Source of the DNA: a virus
Length of the DNA: 40,911 bases
IMG/VR virus record: IMGVR_UViG_3300021061_000014
Direction: 5' to 3' (one strand)
Shown here piece after piece: positions 16,242 to 25,622 of the stretch. Both the position numbers and the translations under genes were made by a program. The stretch's first letter is position 1. The number at the start of each line of letters is the position of its first letter. The notes beneath the pieces are model-generated. The model searched no databases, was not told the DNA's origin, and was given only the letters and a program-made list of their open reading frames with translations.

Positions 16242-17326
16242 TGCCGATAAACGAACTTATCGCACTACAGTCACGTGTTCCGGATGTTGGGCAGACTATT
16301 GGGAATGCTCTAACTAATGTGGGGACTCTGCAACAGATCCGCGAGAACCAACAAACCTCCAGTGCCAGGAAACAGCTCGCTTTGACCGAGGCGGATTTAG
16401 CGCGAGTTAAATCCAATGCCATCATCTCGTCTCAAATCATCCCCATGTTGGAACAAAACGATATTGAGGGGACAAGAGCTACGCTGACGGCCCGTCGCGA
16501 TCAGATGAAAAAGCTTGGTCTTGATCCTTCGGACATGGACGACGCCCTTATTGAACTAGACCGCGATCCACAAAGACTCCTTGCTGGAGCAAACGGCTGG
16601 ATTCAGCGGGCGAGTATGTTTGATAAGTCTGGCAAGCCTGCTGGGTTGGTTGAGTTTGAGGAAATGACAAAGGGACTTAAACCAGACGAGAAGGAAAAAG
16701 CTCGAAAAATAGCACTTGGACTTGATGCGAGGGCAGTGGGCTCGGCTGCGTCTACAATCGCCGAAACTGGGAAGACGGATCTAGTTGCCGGTTCCGAGGC
16801 CAAAATATCAGGCGCTAAGGCGGGCGCAAGCGAAAGCGCAGAACTTGATGCCCAGCTTGAGAAGCTTCCCGGTGTTAAGGCTGCCGTCACCGCTGCTGAA
16901 GAGCGGATAAAACTTGAAGTAGAGGCCGAAGGCGTAAAGAAGAAAAACGCCATCGCTCTCGAAACCTACGACACCGCCATGAAGGGGCTTTTGGAGGCTT
17001 TAGCCGGCACCGAAACAGGACCTGGAGTTGGCAGGCTGCCAGCAGTCACGGCAGAGCAGCAAATTGCCGAAGGAGCAATAGCAGCAATTGCGCCGACCCT
17101 GAAATCTATTTTCAGAATAGCTGGTGAAGGGAATTTCACTGATTCAGATCAGAAGCTTTTGCTGGACATGATACCGACCCGTAAAGACCACCCCGCCGCC
17201 GTGAAGTCGAAAGTGCGCAATATTGACGCAATTATCCGGGCCAAGCTTGGAACGGGGGCTGTGGCCTCCGCTGCTCCACAACAAAACAACGACATAGACG
17301 CTCTGGTCAACAAATATGCCCCTTGA
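16241..17326 (+). CDS. Ejection/internal virion protein candidate
   Basis: Follows the gp26-position gene, as gp14/gp7 do in P22. Ala/Glu-rich. Confidence 0.5.
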   Translation: MPINELIALQSRVPDVGQTIGNALTNVGTLQQIRENQQTSSARKQLALTEADLARVKSNAIISSQIIPMLEQNDIEGTRATLTARRDQMKKLGLDPSDMDDALIELDRDPQRLLAGANGWIQRASMFDKSGKPAGLVEFEEMTKGLKPDEKEKARKIALGLDARAVGSAASTIAETGKTDLVAGSEAKISGAKAGASESAELDAQLEKLPGVKAAVTAAEERIKLEVEAEGVKKKNAIALETYDTAMKGLLEALAGTETGPGVGRLPAVTAEQQIAEGAIAAIAPTLKSIFRIAGEGNFTDSDQKLLLDMIPTRKDHPAAVKSKVRNIDAIIRAKLGTGAVASAAPQQNNDIDALVNKYAP

Positions 17327-19316
17327 TGTTCAAAGACTTGAAACCGCATTAAGAAATGCGGACGCGGCTGGAGATGTAGAGGCCGCCAAGAAACTGGCAG
17401 GCGCTATCAGAGCTGCCAGATCCTCAAGCTCTGGTATGGTTCAAGGCTCCGGTGGAGCTGTTTCAGGGGCTCCACAAGCTCCAGACATTTCTACGAGAGC
17501 AACCCGTGATCTCCCTGAGCTTTTCACGTCCGGAATATTGAAAGGAAAAGATCCAGCAAAGATCGCGCAATTCTCTGCGCTTGCCGCGATAACCCCAAAC
17601 GAACAGGAGTTAGGTCAAATCATGACCTCGATTTTTCCTGAAATCGGAATGCAAACCGATGAACGTGGGAACGTCCTGTTAGCTGACAACCAAACCGGAG
17701 TAAGAGCCGTCCTGAACCGCCCCGGAATTTCTTCGACAGACCTTGCGCAATTGTTTGGAATCGGCACTGTGTTTACTCCTGCCGCCAAAGTTGGGACCGG
17801 AATTGTAACCGGTGGGTTCAAGTCCGGATTAAAGCAGGCCGGGAAAGGCGCGGTCGCCTCTGGCGGAACTCAGGCAACTATTGAAGGGGCGCAGGCAGTC
17901 TCCGGTGGTGAGTTTAATCCTTCAGACGTTGCCCTTGCTGCAACATTACAACCTGGCGTGCAGGCTGCTGGCGAGTCCGCGCTTGTGCCTCTTGTCAGAA
18001 CCAAAATAGGCCAGCCATCACCAAAAGCTCAGCAGATTATAAAAGCGGGCGAACTCGCTGGAGTTCCTGTTAAAACAACTGACGTAGTTCCGCCTGAAAC
18101 TATTGTAGGAGGACTTACAAGACAGTTTGCAGAGCGTGTTCCATTCATTGGGACCGGGGGCGTACGTGGAAGTCAGCAGGTGGCGAGAAAGGACGCCATT
18201 CAGGAATGGGCCTCAAAAATACCCCCTGTCGATGACAAAGCGGTAATGGATAGCATCAAGCGCAAGAAGGACCGGATCAAAGCTGCTGCTTCGGAACGGT
18301 ACGAACGAATAAACGGAATTATGAATTCTGCCGGAGATGTGCCGCTAAACAACACGCTCAAGCAGATTGACGACACAATTGCTGAGCTTTCGGCGCCCGG
18401 GAAGGTGGTGGATCAGGCAACTATTAAAGACCTTCAAGAACTGAAGACTGCCCTACAGAATCCGCAAACCTTCTCTTTGCTTCGCGAGAATAGAACCTAC
18501 CTTTCAGACATTATGGAGCGCACTGACCCTGCCGGACGGTCCCAGCTTCCGACTAATAGCAAACGCCTGCTTGCCAAAATCCGTGGTGCCATGTCTCAGG
18601 ATATGGATGAATTCGTTAAGACGAACGCTCCGAATGAGTATTTCAAATACAAGCAGGCCGACGCGATTTATGCGGAGGAAGCCAGAACCTTAAGTAAGTC
18701 GCGCTTAAAGGGTGTTCTGGATCGCGGGGAGGTCACGCCGGAGCAATACAGAACTCTACTGTTTAGCTCCAAGCCTTCGGAAATCTCATTGCTTTATAGA
18801 TCCCTTGATAACAGCGGAAGGGCGAATGCTAGAAACTCGATCTTGAATCATGTTGTAGAGAAGGCGGGCGGCCTGGACAACATGACACCCGAGACAATCA
18901 ACCGTGAATTGAAAAAAGCCGGGCCTCAAATAGAGGCGTTTTTCCGTGGTGAGCAGAAAGAGCAATTGATTGGATTTCAAAGATTGCTTGAGGCCACAAA
19001 AAGAGCCGGTGAGGCGAAAGCGGTTACTCCTACCGGCCAAGCCGTACAGACGTCTATCGGCGTTGCCGCTGGTGCCGGAGCTGCTGTGCAGAATCCTGCC
19101 GCCATTGTTGCCCTGATGATTACTGGCAGTGTTGGACTTGGTGCTCGGGTTTACGAATCACGTCCTGTTCGCGCCTTGATGATTAGGCTTGCCAATGCTG
19201 AAAAAGGATCGAAGGCCGAAAAGATCATCGTTGACAAATTGTTAACCGAAATCTCAGCGGCCTCACAAGTCACCGAAACCCCGGCCGCAACATCGTCTGT
19301 AGCCAACAACCTTTAA
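17316..19316 (+). CDS. Ejection/internal virion protein candidate (large)
   Basis: 666 aa in the gp20/gp16 position. I recognised no enzymatic motif. Confidence 0.5.
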   Translation: MPLDVQRLETALRNADAAGDVEAAKKLAGAIRAARSSSSGMVQGSGGAVSGAPQAPDISTRATRDLPELFTSGILKGKDPAKIAQFSALAAITPNEQELGQIMTSIFPEIGMQTDERGNVLLADNQTGVRAVLNRPGISSTDLAQLFGIGTVFTPAAKVGTGIVTGGFKSGLKQAGKGAVASGGTQATIEGAQAVSGGEFNPSDVALAATLQPGVQAAGESALVPLVRTKIGQPSPKAQQIIKAGELAGVPVKTTDVVPPETIVGGLTRQFAERVPFIGTGGVRGSQQVARKDAIQEWASKIPPVDDKAVMDSIKRKKDRIKAAASERYERINGIMNSAGDVPLNNTLKQIDDTIAELSAPGKVVDQATIKDLQELKTALQNPQTFSLLRENRTYLSDIMERTDPAGRSQLPTNSKRLLAKIRGAMSQDMDEFVKTNAPNEYFKYKQADAIYAEEARTLSKSRLKGVLDRGEVTPEQYRTLLFSSKPSEISLLYRSLDNSGRANARNSILNHVVEKAGGLDNMTPETINRELKKAGPQIEAFFRGEQKEQLIGFQRLLEATKRAGEAKAVTPTGQAVQTSIGVAAGAGAAVQNPAAIVALMITGSVGLGARVYESRPVRALMIRLANAEKGSKAEKIIVDKLLTEISAASQVTETPAATSSVANNL

Positions 19317-19362
19317 CCCCCTGTAACCCTAGCCGCGCGAGCGGCCGTTCTTGGAGAACTGA

Positions 19363-20013
19363 ATGTCTTATTACCCTTTATCACAGACTCCTGTGCAATA
19401 TCATGTGAACGGGTCCCCTGCATCCGGCTATGTCATGAAGGCGTACCAAGCTGGAACCTCCACGTTGTTACAGATGGCAACCGACAGTACTGGCGGAACG
19501 CTTGTAAATACGATCACTCTGAATTCTGAAGGGTATCCGGCAGTCTCAGGGAATATCGTTATCCCACATATTAACGCTGCATATAAGATTGCACTTTATG
19601 CATCGCAAGCGGCAGCGGATGCGAATTCAGGGGCAATCTGGAATCCCGATAACTTAACGACTCAGGCGATCACCGGAAATATTTCAAGCCCTTCAACCCA
19701 GAATGCCGATTATACGTTCGTACTGGCTGACGCCGGTAAAACCATTGTTAAGACTGCTGCCGACACAACCACAAGAACATGGACTATTCCACTTGAGGCG
19801 AGCGTTGCATTTTCGAATGGGACAATTATTCAGCTTATAAACCTGGACGATAACAGCTTGACCATCGTTGCCAGTGGTGCCGCAACTCTGAAATGGCTAA
19901 ACGCATCAGCTCCGGCTGATGGGAATAGAACTCTTGCGCAAGGTGGGGTGGCGACCATTTATAAAGACTCTACGGATTCATGGTTAATCTGGGGTAATGC
20001 GGCGCTGACATGA
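19363..20013 (+). CDS. Tail fibre/spike protein with conserved N-terminal particle-binding-type domain
   Basis: The N-terminus (YHVNGSPASGYVMKAYQAGTST...ATDS...N.I.LNSEGYP) resembles podovirus fibre N-termini. Confidence 0.55.
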   Translation: MSYYPLSQTPVQYHVNGSPASGYVMKAYQAGTSTLLQMATDSTGGTLVNTITLNSEGYPAVSGNIVIPHINAAYKIALYASQAAADANSGAIWNPDNLTTQAITGNISSPSTQNADYTFVLADAGKTIVKTAADTTTRTWTIPLEASVAFSNGTIIQLINLDDNSLTIVASGAATLKWLNASAPADGNRTLAQGGVATIYKDSTDSWLIWGNAALT

Positions 20014-20795
20014 GCAGAGTTCACATTATAGGCACTCCGTCGGCCGAGAGAGTGATTCAAAAGTCGTGTACCTTTAATGGGACAGATGAATATATGTCCC
20101 TAACCTCAAGCATAACTGGGGATGTGACTAATCAATCTCTGAGTTTTTGGGTGAAACCAACAAACACGTCGTCAGGTGTTATATTTGAGTGTTACGGTAC
20201 AGCCGCCCCAGCAGATAACTTTTTCAGAGTGACCCATAGCAATCAAGATATTACGATTGCCCTTGAGTCTAATAACGTTGCCTTATATACCGCGTCAACA
20301 ACAGGCGATGTGGTCCCATCTGGCAGTTGGACACATGTTGTCTTAGCGCAGTCGGGCGCGCTTGGTTCCGCTGACAGCAAAGTTTTTATAAATGGCGTTA
20401 AACAAACACTTTCCGCCGCAACAACAAGAGACGGTTGGACAATTGGCGCTATTACGGGAGTTGCCAAATTTAGATTTGGTGCAAATCAAAGCGCGGCTTC
20501 GTTTTTTGCGGGTTCTCTTGCTGAAATTATTTTAGGGTCTGTCACCGGCTCTAATCCTGATGTAACTGTAAATCAATATGGAATCAGTGGAAGCGGAACG
20601 TGGAAGCCAAAGCCCTTCCCGAAGGGTTCAGTCTTAAGCGGGGCAGGAACTGCTTATACAGTGAATTATGACAACCACGGTTTCCATCTAAGATTTCTTG
20701 ATTCCGCTTCAATGGGGAAAGATTTCAGCGGGATAGGGCATAATTTCACCCTGACAAACATGGACGCAAGCAATCAGTCAACGTCTGTTCCCTAA
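20010..20795 (+). CDS. LamG/concanavalin-like lectin-domain tail protein
   Basis: SLSFWVKPT...SWTHVVL...VFINGV...FFAGSLAEIIL is the Laminin_G_3-type pattern. Confidence 0.65.
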   Translation: MSRVHIIGTPSAERVIQKSCTFNGTDEYMSLTSSITGDVTNQSLSFWVKPTNTSSGVIFECYGTAAPADNFFRVTHSNQDITIALESNNVALYTASTTGDVVPSGSWTHVVLAQSGALGSADSKVFINGVKQTLSAATTRDGWTIGAITGVAKFRFGANQSAASFFAGSLAEIILGSVTGSNPDVTVNQYGISGSGTWKPKPFPKGSVLSGAGTAYTVNYDNHGFHLRFLDSASMGKDFSGIGHNFTLTNMDASNQSTSVP

Positions 20796-21271
20796 ATATT
20801 AAGCCTGAGAATAGCCCCCGCTGACTCGTTAGAAATGTAATCTTTTGCCCCGTTATTCATGGGGTCGCTTTCGTGCTTAAGCTGCGCGTTGATCTCCCAA
20901 TACTCGGAGATTATGTATTCATAGCCCGCTGAAACGTGGGCGAGAGTATTGCTGGTTACACCCCAGGCGTCAGGGTTATAGAACAATCCGCCACCGATAT
21001 AAAAGCCGTCTGTTTTTGCTCTTATAAGAAACCCATAGGCCCGGAAAGCGATGTAGTCGTCTTCATTTTTATTCTTCGGGTCCTCCTCTATGCGGGCTTG
21101 TAACTCGATATCTAAATTTTCATTTAGATCGAATTTGTACCCGAAAGCCCCCTGGATTACCGAATTGCTCGTTACGCCGTAGGCGTCTTGATTATAAAAA
21201 ATTGCGCCTTGGACATAGGGACCTGCATAGGCGTTTGAGCAGACAAAAAAACAAATCAATAGCTTTTTCAT
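20792..21271 (-). CDS. Outer-membrane beta-barrel protein (Ail/Lom/OmpX-like moron)
   Basis: Signal peptide MKKLLICFFVCSNAYA, alternating aromatic beta-strand pattern, C-terminal ...ILRLNI. Reverse strand, and visibly more AT-rich than its flanks. Confidence 0.75.
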   Translation of the reverse strand: MKKLLICFFVCSNAYAGPYVQGAIFYNQDAYGVTSNSVIQGAFGYKFDLNENLDIELQARIEEDPKNKNEDDYIAFRAYGFLIRAKTDGFYIGGGLFYNPDAWGVTSNTLAHVSAGYEYIISEYWEINAQLKHESDPMNNGAKDYISNESAGAILRLNI

Positions 21272-21325
21272 ATTGCGCTTTCCTCCCTGATCAATTGTAT
21301 TTTACAACACACCTGAAGATTTCCA

Positions 21326-22069
21326 ATGGATTTCATACGATTTTTTAAGATGGTGCGCGGCCAATCTGTTGAAGGCTGGGCTGAAAAACTTATCACCTCT
21401 TTAAACGCGTTCGCCACCATCCAATACAGGTTTAGCCTTCGCGTGGTTACAGCCAGCGAAACATATTCTCCGGATGTTAAAACCCGGATGATTTTGTTTG
21501 TCGCTATCGGTGGCGGGGCTTCTGGTGGAAGTGTTGACGGGCAGGGCGCTGGAACCGCTGCCGCAAGTTCTGCCGGGTCTGGCGCTGGGACGGTTATTAA
21601 GCTCATCACTGAACCTGAAAAAAATTACACCATTACCATCGGCACTGCCGGTGCTGCTCCAGCAGCCGGCGCTAACGATGGTAATAATGGAGTTGCCACC
21701 ACAATAACCTCCAGCGGCGGATTAAACATAAGCGCCGGGGGTGGGCTGGCCGGAATGAGCATGACCGGGACATCGGGTAGCGGTGGGCAGGCCGGGTCCG
21801 CTGGCGGTACAGCCTCCGGAGGCGACATCAATATTCCGGGCAGCTCGTCATCTGCTTCTCGTGTTGTGACCGGATTGATTGCACAGGTCTCTACGGCTGG
21901 TACTTCAATTTTAGGCGGCGCTGTTAATGCGTCTTTAACAGACGCTAATGGGAATACCGCAACGACACATGGAGGCGGTGGCTCTGGTTGCAGAACTTCG
22001 GGCACGACTTCAAACTTTGCTGGCGGTGCTGGGAGCGCTGGTGTTGTGTACATTTTGGAAATCTACTGA
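21326..22069 (+). CDS. Glycine-rich tail fibre-associated protein
   Basis: Y.P....ILFVAIGGGASGG... with long G/A/S/T-rich repeats, ending GGAGSAGVVYILEIY. Confidence 0.7.
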   Translation: MDFIRFFKMVRGQSVEGWAEKLITSLNAFATIQYRFSLRVVTASETYSPDVKTRMILFVAIGGGASGGSVDGQGAGTAAASSAGSGAGTVIKLITEPEKNYTITIGTAGAAPAAGANDGNNGVATTITSSGGLNISAGGGLAGMSMTGTSGSGGQAGSAGGTASGGDINIPGSSSSASRVVTGLIAQVSTAGTSILGGAVNASLTDANGNTATTHGGGGSGCRTSGTTSNFAGGAGSAGVVYILEIY

Positions 22070-22602
22070 TGCTCTACGAAGATTTAGAAACCGAACGCTA
22101 CACCGACATCCCTGTTTTTGGGAACGATACGGCAGTTGGTTTTAATGATCCGACTTTCCCGTATGATCGGTGTATACGATTTATCGAAATGCCGCGCCCA
22201 TCCCTTGGAGATATTTGGGACGTCTCCTGCGAAGTCCACGCGACAAACGATGACCTGAGAGCAAGGGGTAACGGGCTTTATTTGACTACCGAGGTTTTGA
22301 TAGGACCCGGAAACGGGAACAGCCGGTTCTATACAATCAACAACGTTCCCCAGCCTCTTCCCATCGTCATCCGCGCAAACGGAAGCTACAACATCGGACC
22401 AGAAGCCCACCACGGCCTGATCGCTCGGAGAAGTTTGTACAAGTGGACCCAGGAAAGGCTGGACTACATCGCCGCTTATCCGGCTATTTATCTCAAGTTC
22501 ATGATCTGGTCCGGATCGACTCAGGCCCAGTCCGGGGACCGTTGTGTCATTACTCCGGGGCGTGGGTTGTTGGAGTGTTTGGTGCATAAAGCGCCTATAT
22601 AA
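22069..22602 (+). CDS. Hypothetical tail-module protein
   Basis: The ATG overlaps the upstream stop (TGATG). It is the last forward gene before attP. Confidence 0.6.
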   Translation: MLYEDLETERYTDIPVFGNDTAVGFNDPTFPYDRCIRFIEMPRPSLGDIWDVSCEVHATNDDLRARGNGLYLTTEVLIGPGNGNSRFYTINNVPQPLPIVIRANGSYNIGPEAHHGLIARRSLYKWTQERLDYIAAYPAIYLKFMIWSGSTQAQSGDRCVITPGRGLLECLVHKAPI

Positions 22603-22839
22603 GGTATCCGCCTAAATTCACTACGCCACTATAACGCCAAACATCGTGTAAATATCTGAAATATCACACATTTCACTTGCTCGCCCTGGGCACCAAGACA
22701 AACCCCACAGAAATACACAAGACTCCTCAAGAGTACACAAAACAACACGTTAACCAGGATCGCCAATCACAAAAGTCCACAGGAATACACGGAAGTACAC
22801 TAGAATCCGCATTGTCACTACGCCATAATTACGCCACTT
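22603..22839. other. Candidate attP region (arm-type repeats plus possible core)
   Basis: Non-coding 237 bp upstream of int. TCACTACGCCA..ACGCCA occurs twice (22618-22640, 22815-22837). Four RTACAC motifs. Inverted repeat TGAAAT-N7-ATTTCA at 22657-22675. Confidence 0.6.
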
Positions 22840-23781
22840 ATGGCGAGCATACGGAAGCGCGGGAAGAAATGGCGGGTAGAGGTTAGGACCAAATCATTCT
22901 ACGCGTCTGAGTCATTCATCCACAAGGAGACGGCTGTAAAATGGGCCAGGGACATCGAAGTCGCCCTTGAAAGGGATGAGTCCCCGGGCGGCTTAAAGCT
23001 CGTCTCAGACGCAATTAAGAAGTACCTGAATGAGATTGTCCCCACGAAAAAGGGTGCCAGGTGGGAGAGGGTACGGCTCAATAAATTCCTGACCTATCCC
23101 ATCGCAAACAAACGCCTCTCCAGCGTTAAACCTTCCGACTTTGGCGACTGGCGAGATGAGCGGTTAAGAGAGGTTGCCCCCGCGTCCGTCCGGCGAGAAC
23201 TGGCTTTATGGTCTGGACTCTTTTCGGTCTGCGTGACGGAGTGGCAATGGATACCCGAAAGCCCGCTAAAAAAGGTCCGAAAACCGCAGAATAGTAAGCC
23301 TAGGGATAGGGTTATCTCCCCCAAAGAAGAGGCGTTAATGATTGAGGTTTTGGGCCAGAACGGGCCTCACGGGGAGACGTTAAGGCTGATGCAACTGGCG
23401 ATAGAGACCGGGATGCGATTAAGCGAGATGATCGGGCTGGACGTTGAGCGGGATGTCTTTTCGGACTATGCGATTATTCAGGACAGCAAAAACAACGAAT
23501 CCAGGAAGGTCCCGTTAACCAAAAGGGCAAGGGAGTTGATAGGGAACGGCTTCACGATTACCACAGACTACGCCTCCAGGCTGTTCAGGGAAGCAACGAG
23601 AAAGGCCAAGATCCCCAATCTCACCTTCCACGACACAAGGCACACGGCCGCTACTCGTTTAGCTCGGAAACTGGATGTTCTGGACCTGTGCCGGATGTTT
23701 GGCTGGCGCGACCCGAGGCACGCGATGATCTATTACAACGCTCACGCGAGCGAGATTGCAAAACGTTTAGAAACTGCTTGA
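22840..23781 (+). CDS. int: Tyrosine integrase
   Basis: SAM-like N-terminal domain. HDTRHTAATRL and a C-terminal ..AMIYY catalytic region. Confidence 0.95.
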   Translation: MASIRKRGKKWRVEVRTKSFYASESFIHKETAVKWARDIEVALERDESPGGLKLVSDAIKKYLNEIVPTKKGARWERVRLNKFLTYPIANKRLSSVKPSDFGDWRDERLREVAPASVRRELALWSGLFSVCVTEWQWIPESPLKKVRKPQNSKPRDRVISPKEEALMIEVLGQNGPHGETLRLMQLAIETGMRLSEMIGLDVERDVFSDYAIIQDSKNNESRKVPLTKRARELIGNGFTITTDYASRLFREATRKAKIPNLTFHDTRHTAATRLARKLDVLDLCRMFGWRDPRHAMIYYNAHASEIAKRLETA

Positions 23782-23914
23782 TGTCCGATTCTTTGAATCT
23801 TCCCCGCACAACCGGGTGCGGCGCTTGCTCATCCTTCATTACACGTTCCCGGACATGCCTCATTGATCGCTTCATTATCTTTGCAATATCGTTGTAATCC
23901 AGTAAATTTTCCAT
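23651..23914 (-). CDS. xis: Excisionase/AlpA-like HTH protein
   Basis: LLDYNDIAKIMKRSMRHVRERV...KESDIKQFL is a MerR/Xis-type HTH. GAGGAA RBS. The 3' tail overlaps int by 131 nt. Confidence 0.65.
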   Translation of the reverse strand: MENLLDYNDIAKIMKRSMRHVRERVMKDEQAPHPVVRGRFKESDIKQFLNVLQSRSRERCNRSSRASGRASQTSGTGPEHPVSELNE

Positions 23915-23923
23915 ATTTATTCC

Positions 23924-24094
23924 TCACTCACTCCCCCGTCCCGCCTTCCCCGCGTCTAACTCTCTCAGGGCGTTATCGGCGAGCATTTCAATAACCCCCA
24001 AATCCGGCGGGATTTCTGTCGCTTCCTCGCAAATGGTCCTAATCTTTTTCAGGTAATCGATAACTCGCTGAATCTTTTCATCTGGTGTATTCAT
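23924..24094 (-). CDS. Hypothetical small protein (56 aa)
   Basis: I translated it by hand: MNTPDEKIQRVIDYLKKIRT... ATGA overlap with the upstream gene. Confidence 0.45.
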   Translation of the reverse strand: MNTPDEKIQRVIDYLKKIRTICEEATEIPPDLGVIEMLADNALRELDAGKAGRGSE

Positions 24095-24243
24095 GAAGCC
24101 TCCGAATTAAGATTCCCGCTTATAATCTCTGCCTTCAAATCCTTCAAAGCTATGATGGCATGACTGGGTGTTTCTTCGAGCCAGTATAAAATTTCCTGCT
24201 CAATCCAGTTCAGTAATTTTTGTTTATCAATTGTCTCGCTCAT
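24091..24243 (-). CDS. Hypothetical small protein
   Basis: Start at MSETIDKQ (ATGA overlap with 24240..24575). The ORF track extends to 24273. Confidence 0.45.
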   Translation of the reverse strand: MSETIDKQKLLNWIEQEILYWLEETPSHAIIALKDLKAEIISGNLNSEAS

Positions 24244-24575
24244 TCCCCCTCCATCTTCATAATCCTGACGCAATCAACCAGTGCCTCGGGGAGGGTGTTG
24301 TATTTGTGTTCCTCGGTTCCTGAGTTTTTTGCGTTTTGAAATCTACGGTACGCATAGCAATATTTTGAACCTGCTTTAAAGTTCCACCCTTTGGCCTCCA
24401 GCGCCGCACGCGTAGCGAGTTGGTCTTTGGTATTTTCAAGACTGAAATCCAGCATTCCGTGCTTCGATACAATGCGGCCGTCTGGCTCTGCGATCCACTC
24501 AATGTGCGGGTTCACAAACTTCGCCACCTCAAGCGTCATCTTCACCCACTCGGTTTTTGTGCGCGGGGGTTTCAT
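24240..24575 (-). CDS. Hypothetical early protein
   Basis: Part of a chain of 4-nt-overlapping reverse ORFs. Confidence 0.6.
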   Translation of the reverse strand: MKPPRTKTEWVKMTLEVAKFVNPHIEWIAEPDGRIVSKHGMLDFSLENTKDQLATRAALEAKGWNFKAGSKYCYAYRRFQNAKNSGTEEHKYNTLPEALVDCVRIMKMEGE

Positions 24576-24943
24576 TTGAACAATCTCCGCAGCAATTCTC
24601 TTAATCTGGCTCCAAACTTGAACGGCCGCTTAACTTCGGTGTAATCAAATTCTGGCATAGGAGCAATAATACTCATTGGTGACTTCATAAGAAGTATTTG
24701 AGTTATAAAAACCGACTTCTGCACGTAAGGCAAATCAGGCATGCCAAGCCGTCTCCACAGGAAGTCAGGCACAATCATCACATCACCTTTGTTCGGATCG
24801 AATCCGCGCTCGCGCATGTAGGCCGCGATTGGTTCGTTTCTCTCCATATCCTTGAGACGGCTAATCACTTCATCCAAGACATTTTTATCAAGTCCTGTGG
24901 GCTTGTCTGACGCTGTGCAAGTGCTTTCGTACATCCCCATCAC
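24572..24943 (-). CDS. Hypothetical early protein
   Basis: Overlap-coupled reverse ORF. Confidence 0.6.
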   Translation of the reverse strand: MMGMYESTCTASDKPTGLDKNVLDEVISRLKDMERNEPIAAYMRERGFDPNKGDVMIVPDFLWRRLGMPDLPYVQKSVFITQILLMKSPMSIIAPMPEFDYTEVKRPFKFGARLRELLRRLFK

Positions 24944-25251
24944 CCTCTCTCTCCTGTGTGCTCAAGGAGGGCGCAGATAGCAGCGGTGAGGATGTCTGGC
25001 TCATCGTTGCAACAAGCAAAGCAATATTTTTGCTCGGCGCATATTTTCTCGGCCGCCACAATACAGTCCAGCGCCTGCGCCCGTTCGCGCTCGGTGCCGG
25101 TGAGGGATGGGGCGAATAATTCCGCATCTTCGCCTTTCAGCGGCTTCAAGTATACCCATGTCTTGCCATTGGCTTCATGGCCAACAGCATGCCTGCCCGG
25201 ATAAACCTTCTCCGCCACTGCTTTCATTTGCTCTGCTGTAAATTCCATCAT
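24940..25251 (-). CDS. Hypothetical early protein
   Basis: Overlap-coupled reverse ORF. Confidence 0.6.
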   Translation of the reverse strand: MMEFTAEQMKAVAEKVYPGRHAVGHEANGKTWVYLKPLKGEDAELFAPSLTGTERERAQALDCIVAAEKICAEQKYCFACCNDEPDILTAAICALLEHTGERG

Positions 25252-25622
25252 TCCTCCAAATACACCGGCAGGCCGGTATCGAATGCGACACAGCGCATAG
25301 CCAGTAAGGCGGCTGATTCGTCACACATGTAAGTTGTTACCGGGCCGTCAATTTTACGAGCATGAAACTGCCCGCGTGCTTTGCCGAATTCCCAGTTGCC
25401 ATTCTTCTCATCCATCAACGCCAGCATGAGGGAATGGACAAAAGCCTGACCCTGAATGCTGTCCGATAATGGGCGGAACGAAACACCGCAGCCGTGAGTA
25501 ATCTTATAAACATCGCCAGCTGCATTTATTTTCCATCCACTGTTAGGCTCCGCCTTATTGGCTGCCTCTAGCAGGCACTCCGGATTAACCCTCCTTATTT
25601 CGAGTGGTTGGGGGTTATTCAT
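25248..25622 (-). CDS. Hypothetical early protein
   Basis: Start chosen at MNNPQPLE. The ORF track extends to 25760 but would then overlap the upstream gene in another frame. Confidence 0.55.
   Translation of the reverse strand: MNNPQPLEIRRVNPECLLEAANKAEPNSGWKINAAGDVYKITHGCGVSFRPLSDSIQGQAFVHSLMLALMDEKNGNWEFGKARGQFHARKIDGPVTTYMCDESAALLAMRCVAFDTGLPVYLEE

Noticed and set aside
21268-22053. Reverse ORFs 21268..21609 and 21625..22053 opposite the glycine-rich gene
   Set aside because: GGN-rich coding sequence automatically gives open Pro/Ala-rich antisense frames. No independent support exists.
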